Of a DNA stretch of 28,327 nucleotides, positions 26,418 to 28,327 are shown piece by piece. A model generated the notes under the pieces. It made no database searches and was not told the origin of the DNA. It saw only the letters and a program-made list of their open reading frames with translations. The first letter of the stretch is position 1; every line of letters begins with the position of its first letter. Source of the DNA: a virus. Taxonomy: Duplodnaviria > Caudoviricetes. A program made the translations under genes and the position numbers. Location: IMG/VR virus record IMGVR_UViG_3300032312_000643, positions 1 to 28,327 of that record. One strand, given 5' to 3'.

Positions 26418-26669
26418 ATGAGTGGAAAAGCACCAGCAAGAATAGAAAGCGACGCAGCAGAGTCCCCAATAGTATCCGGGTCTACAGATGTATTTGTTGA
26501 CTTCACGGGTCTAGCGTATGAAGGCTCGATAACTGCATTTGGTAATACTATTGTTACATCATCACTGAGTGTGATAGTCAATAACAGAGGTGTTGCTAGA
26601 GAATCTGATCTTACTGCCCAAGGCCCAGCAATACGCACAGGCTTTCAAGATATTTGTATAGGCGATTAA
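26418..26669 (+). CDS. PAAR-like baseplate spike tip (gp5.4-like)
   Basis: Three repeats PARIESD / GLAYEGS / GVARESD with GSTDVFV and SVIVN strands; 83 aa. Confidence 0.7.
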   Translation: MSGKAPARIESDAAESPIVSGSTDVFVDFTGLAYEGSITAFGNTIVTSSLSVIVNNRGVARESDLTAQGPAIRTGFQDICIGD

Positions 26670-27079
26670 TGAAAAAGTTTTTATGGAAATGTTTAGGGTT
26701 TATTAGTCTTGGTATGGCTTATATAGGAGTTATTACTCCGGGCCTACCATACTCTATTTTTGTAGTATTCGCAGCCTATTGCTTTGCCAAAGGCAGTCCT
26801 AAAATGCATGCCTGGATATATGGACATCCGTTATTTGGACCGTTCCTTACCAATTGGAATGAACGCAGGGTCTTTCCAACTAAGATGAAATTCTTCATGT
26901 TGGCCATGATGTCAACAAGTTTATTAATCATGTTCTTCACAGGAGTAAAACCAATTGGAATTATCAGTACCGCAATTTTTATGGGATTTGTCGCTGTTTG
27001 GGCTTGGCGTTTTCCTGGCAGCGTTGCCGAACATACTAGACGCATTGATAACGGAGAAAAGATAGGATGGTTGAAATGA
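26669..27079 (+). CDS. YbaN/DUF454 inner-membrane protein
   Basis: LGMAYIGVITPGLP..F..FAAYCFAKGSPKMHAWI..HPLFGPFL.NW; TAATG coupling. Confidence 0.85.
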   Translation: MKKFLWKCLGFISLGMAYIGVITPGLPYSIFVVFAAYCFAKGSPKMHAWIYGHPLFGPFLTNWNERRVFPTKMKFFMLAMMSTSLLIMFFTGVKPIGIISTAIFMGFVAVWAWRFPGSVAEHTRRIDNGEKIGWLK

Positions 27080-27702
27080 CCTATCAGATGCATAACTTAT
27101 TTCCAATTCCTTTGTATCAGACCTCGATCAAAGGTCCAGATCCTATAATGGAAAAGATTTTGATTAACTCTGAGTTCAGTCATTTTGATGAGGCTTCTCC
27201 AACCCACCTCGAAACACCCAAACGTCAATTACTAGATCAACCACAGTTTGCCAATCTCAAAAAACAGATACAGGAAAAGGTTGACGAGTATGTCTACGAA
27301 GTTTTGGGTGTAACCAAAAAGCAAAAGTGGTTAATAACAACCAGTTGGCTAAACAAAGCGCCGACTGGCGGATATCACCCTTCGCACTGGCACAGTAACA
27401 GTCTAATCAGCGGAGTATACTATTTGAAAACCAACCCTACTTCTGGTGCTATATGCTTTCATAAAGAACGGTCACACAACAACATGTGGAGAGATACATT
27501 CTGTATAGATTTTGAAAAAACTAACGAGTATAATACAGATTGTGCCATTAGTCCAAAGCCCAATGATCTACTGCTGTTTCCGTCTATTTTGAATCACAGC
27601 GTATTGGATAACCTGTCACAAGAAGATCGCTACAGTTTGGCATTCAACGTATTTCCTAGGGGAATTATTGGTGAAGGCGGAAATAGTGAAATTAGTTTAT
27701 AA
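27076..27702 (+). CDS. 2OG-Fe(II) oxygenase (TIGR02466-like)
   Basis: LFPIP, SWLN, HWHSNSLISGVYY, FPSILNHSV, RYSLAFN; ATGA overlap. Confidence 0.85.
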   Translation: MTYQMHNLFPIPLYQTSIKGPDPIMEKILINSEFSHFDEASPTHLETPKRQLLDQPQFANLKKQIQEKVDEYVYEVLGVTKKQKWLITTSWLNKAPTGGYHPSHWHSNSLISGVYYLKTNPTSGAICFHKERSHNNMWRDTFCIDFEKTNEYNTDCAISPKPNDLLLFPSILNHSVLDNLSQEDRYSLAFNVFPRGIIGEGGNSEISL

Positions 27703-27709
27703 AATAAAT

Positions 27710-27739
27710 TTGACACACACAGAAAAAGATGCTTAAATA
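27710..27739 (+). promoter_or_regulatory. Promoter for the cold-shock gene (TTGACA -35 with TTAAAT/TAAATA box)
   Basis: TTGACA at 27710-27715, 17-nt spacer, then TTAAATA. Confidence 0.55.
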
Positions 27740-27851
27740 ACATATATGAACAGTTTGTTGGTTAGAGTAGTTGAGACAGTTAGTAACCTTTGTGTTAGTA
27801 CCGTTAGATGAAATTAGCAGATCAGTAATATACAACACAAAGGAAAATAAA

Positions 27852-28055
27852 ATGGCAACAGGTAAAGTAAAATGGTTTAATGAGACCAAAGGTTTTGGAT
27901 TCATTACTCCAGACAACGGCGGTGAGGATGTATTTGCTCACTATTCACAGATTCTTTCTAGTGGATTTAAAGTTTTACAAGAAGGACAGAGTGTTAGATT
28001 TGATATCACTCAAGGTCAGAAAGGCAAGCAGGCGAATAATATTCAGCCTGAGTAA
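27852..28055 (+). CDS. csp: Cold-shock domain protein (CspA family)
   Basis: [18 protein letters not shown] (RNP1), DVFAHYS (RNP2); AAGGA SD. Confidence 0.95.
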   Translation: MATGKVKWFNETKGFGFITPDNGGEDVFAHYSQILSSGFKVLQEGQSVRFDITQGQKGKQANNIQPE

Positions 28056-28060
28056 ATAAT

Positions 28061-28129
28061 ATGAAAGCGTATCATTTCATTGTAACAGTTTTAATTGTTA
28101 TATTTGTTTTGGTACATGTTTTCATGTAA
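28061..28129 (+). CDS. Possible 22-aa hydrophobic peptide
   Basis: MKAYHFIVTVLIVIFVLVHVFM directly after TAAATA at 28053-28058; no SD. Confidence 0.35.
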   Translation: MKAYHFIVTVLIVIFVLVHVFM

Positions 28130-28134
28130 GAAAT

Positions 28135-28327
28135 TGTTGTATGAAGCAAAGAGAAAAGTGTTCAAGACATGGGTTCGAATCCCATCACCTCCACCTAAGT
28201 GTATAAGGTATATTTAGGTGGGGGTGCTCCGGTAATCGATTGGGCAAAGAGTAAATGAGTGGACAACACAGTAGGCGATGACTGTAAATCAAGCAAAACT
28301 CGTAAATGCAAACGCAGATACATTTGA
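28135..28327 (+). ncRNA. ssrA: Circularly permuted (two-piece) tmRNA, 3'-truncated by the window
   Basis: T-arm ATGGG-TTCGAAT-CCCAT, then the acceptor 3' strand CACCTCC-A-CC (28186-28195), precede the 5' strand GGGGGTG (28220-28226), with a G3:U70 Ala determinant. GTTCAA/TTGGGC and TGTTGT/ACAACA pairings. Resume context GTAAAT-GCA AAC GCA GAT ACA TTT (ANADTF..) at 28308. Confidence 0.9.

Noticed and set aside
212-27916. Many short alternative-frame and antisense ORFs in the supplied track (e.g. 212-463, 2570-2860, 5962-6201, 15187-15495, 21162-21479, 26776-27093)
   Set aside because: They overlap well-supported genes, lack SD or coupling signals and show no recognisable motifs; treated as shadow ORFs.
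28166-28196. tRNA gene or prophage att site suggested by the GGTTCGAATCCC T-arm
   Set aside because: No upstream acceptor 5' strand or anticodon arm; the matching GGGGGTG lies downstream with a tag frame, which fits a permuted tmRNA. No integrase in the window.
1-28327. Alternative genetic code (stop-codon reassignment) as in some large phages
   Set aside because: Genes tile densely in the standard code, and TAA, TAG and TGA all terminate conserved proteins at sensible positions.

Overview
A 28.3-kb segment of a large T4-like (myovirus-type) bacteriophage genome, in the standard genetic code and almost all on the + strand. A proteobacterial host, probably a betaproteobacterium, is inferred from the Csp sequence, a DUF3563-like gene and a permuted tmRNA. 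From left to right it holds: tail-fibre/adhesin genes; a long block of late genes preceded by (TA)TAAATA boxes; a short minus-strand island of four small host-like genes; a PD-(D/E)XK exonuclease; a beta-helix tail protein; a class Ia ribonucleotide reductase operon interrupted by a superoxide dismutase and a class II aldolase; glutaredoxin, PAAR-like, YbaN, 2OG-Fe(II) oxygenase and cold-shock genes; and a circularly permuted (two-piece) tmRNA cut by the window end. The most interesting signal is that about a dozen proteins share a short N-terminal M(R/K)xxE/D..(L/I)xE leader resembling T4 capsid-targeting propeptides. They include a late operon of two paralogous Pol-beta-type nucleotidyltransferases and a KxDG ligase-like protein, a candidate virion-delivered nucleotidyl-transfer or RNA-repair system. 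All family calls come from motif recognition by eye; no searches were run.
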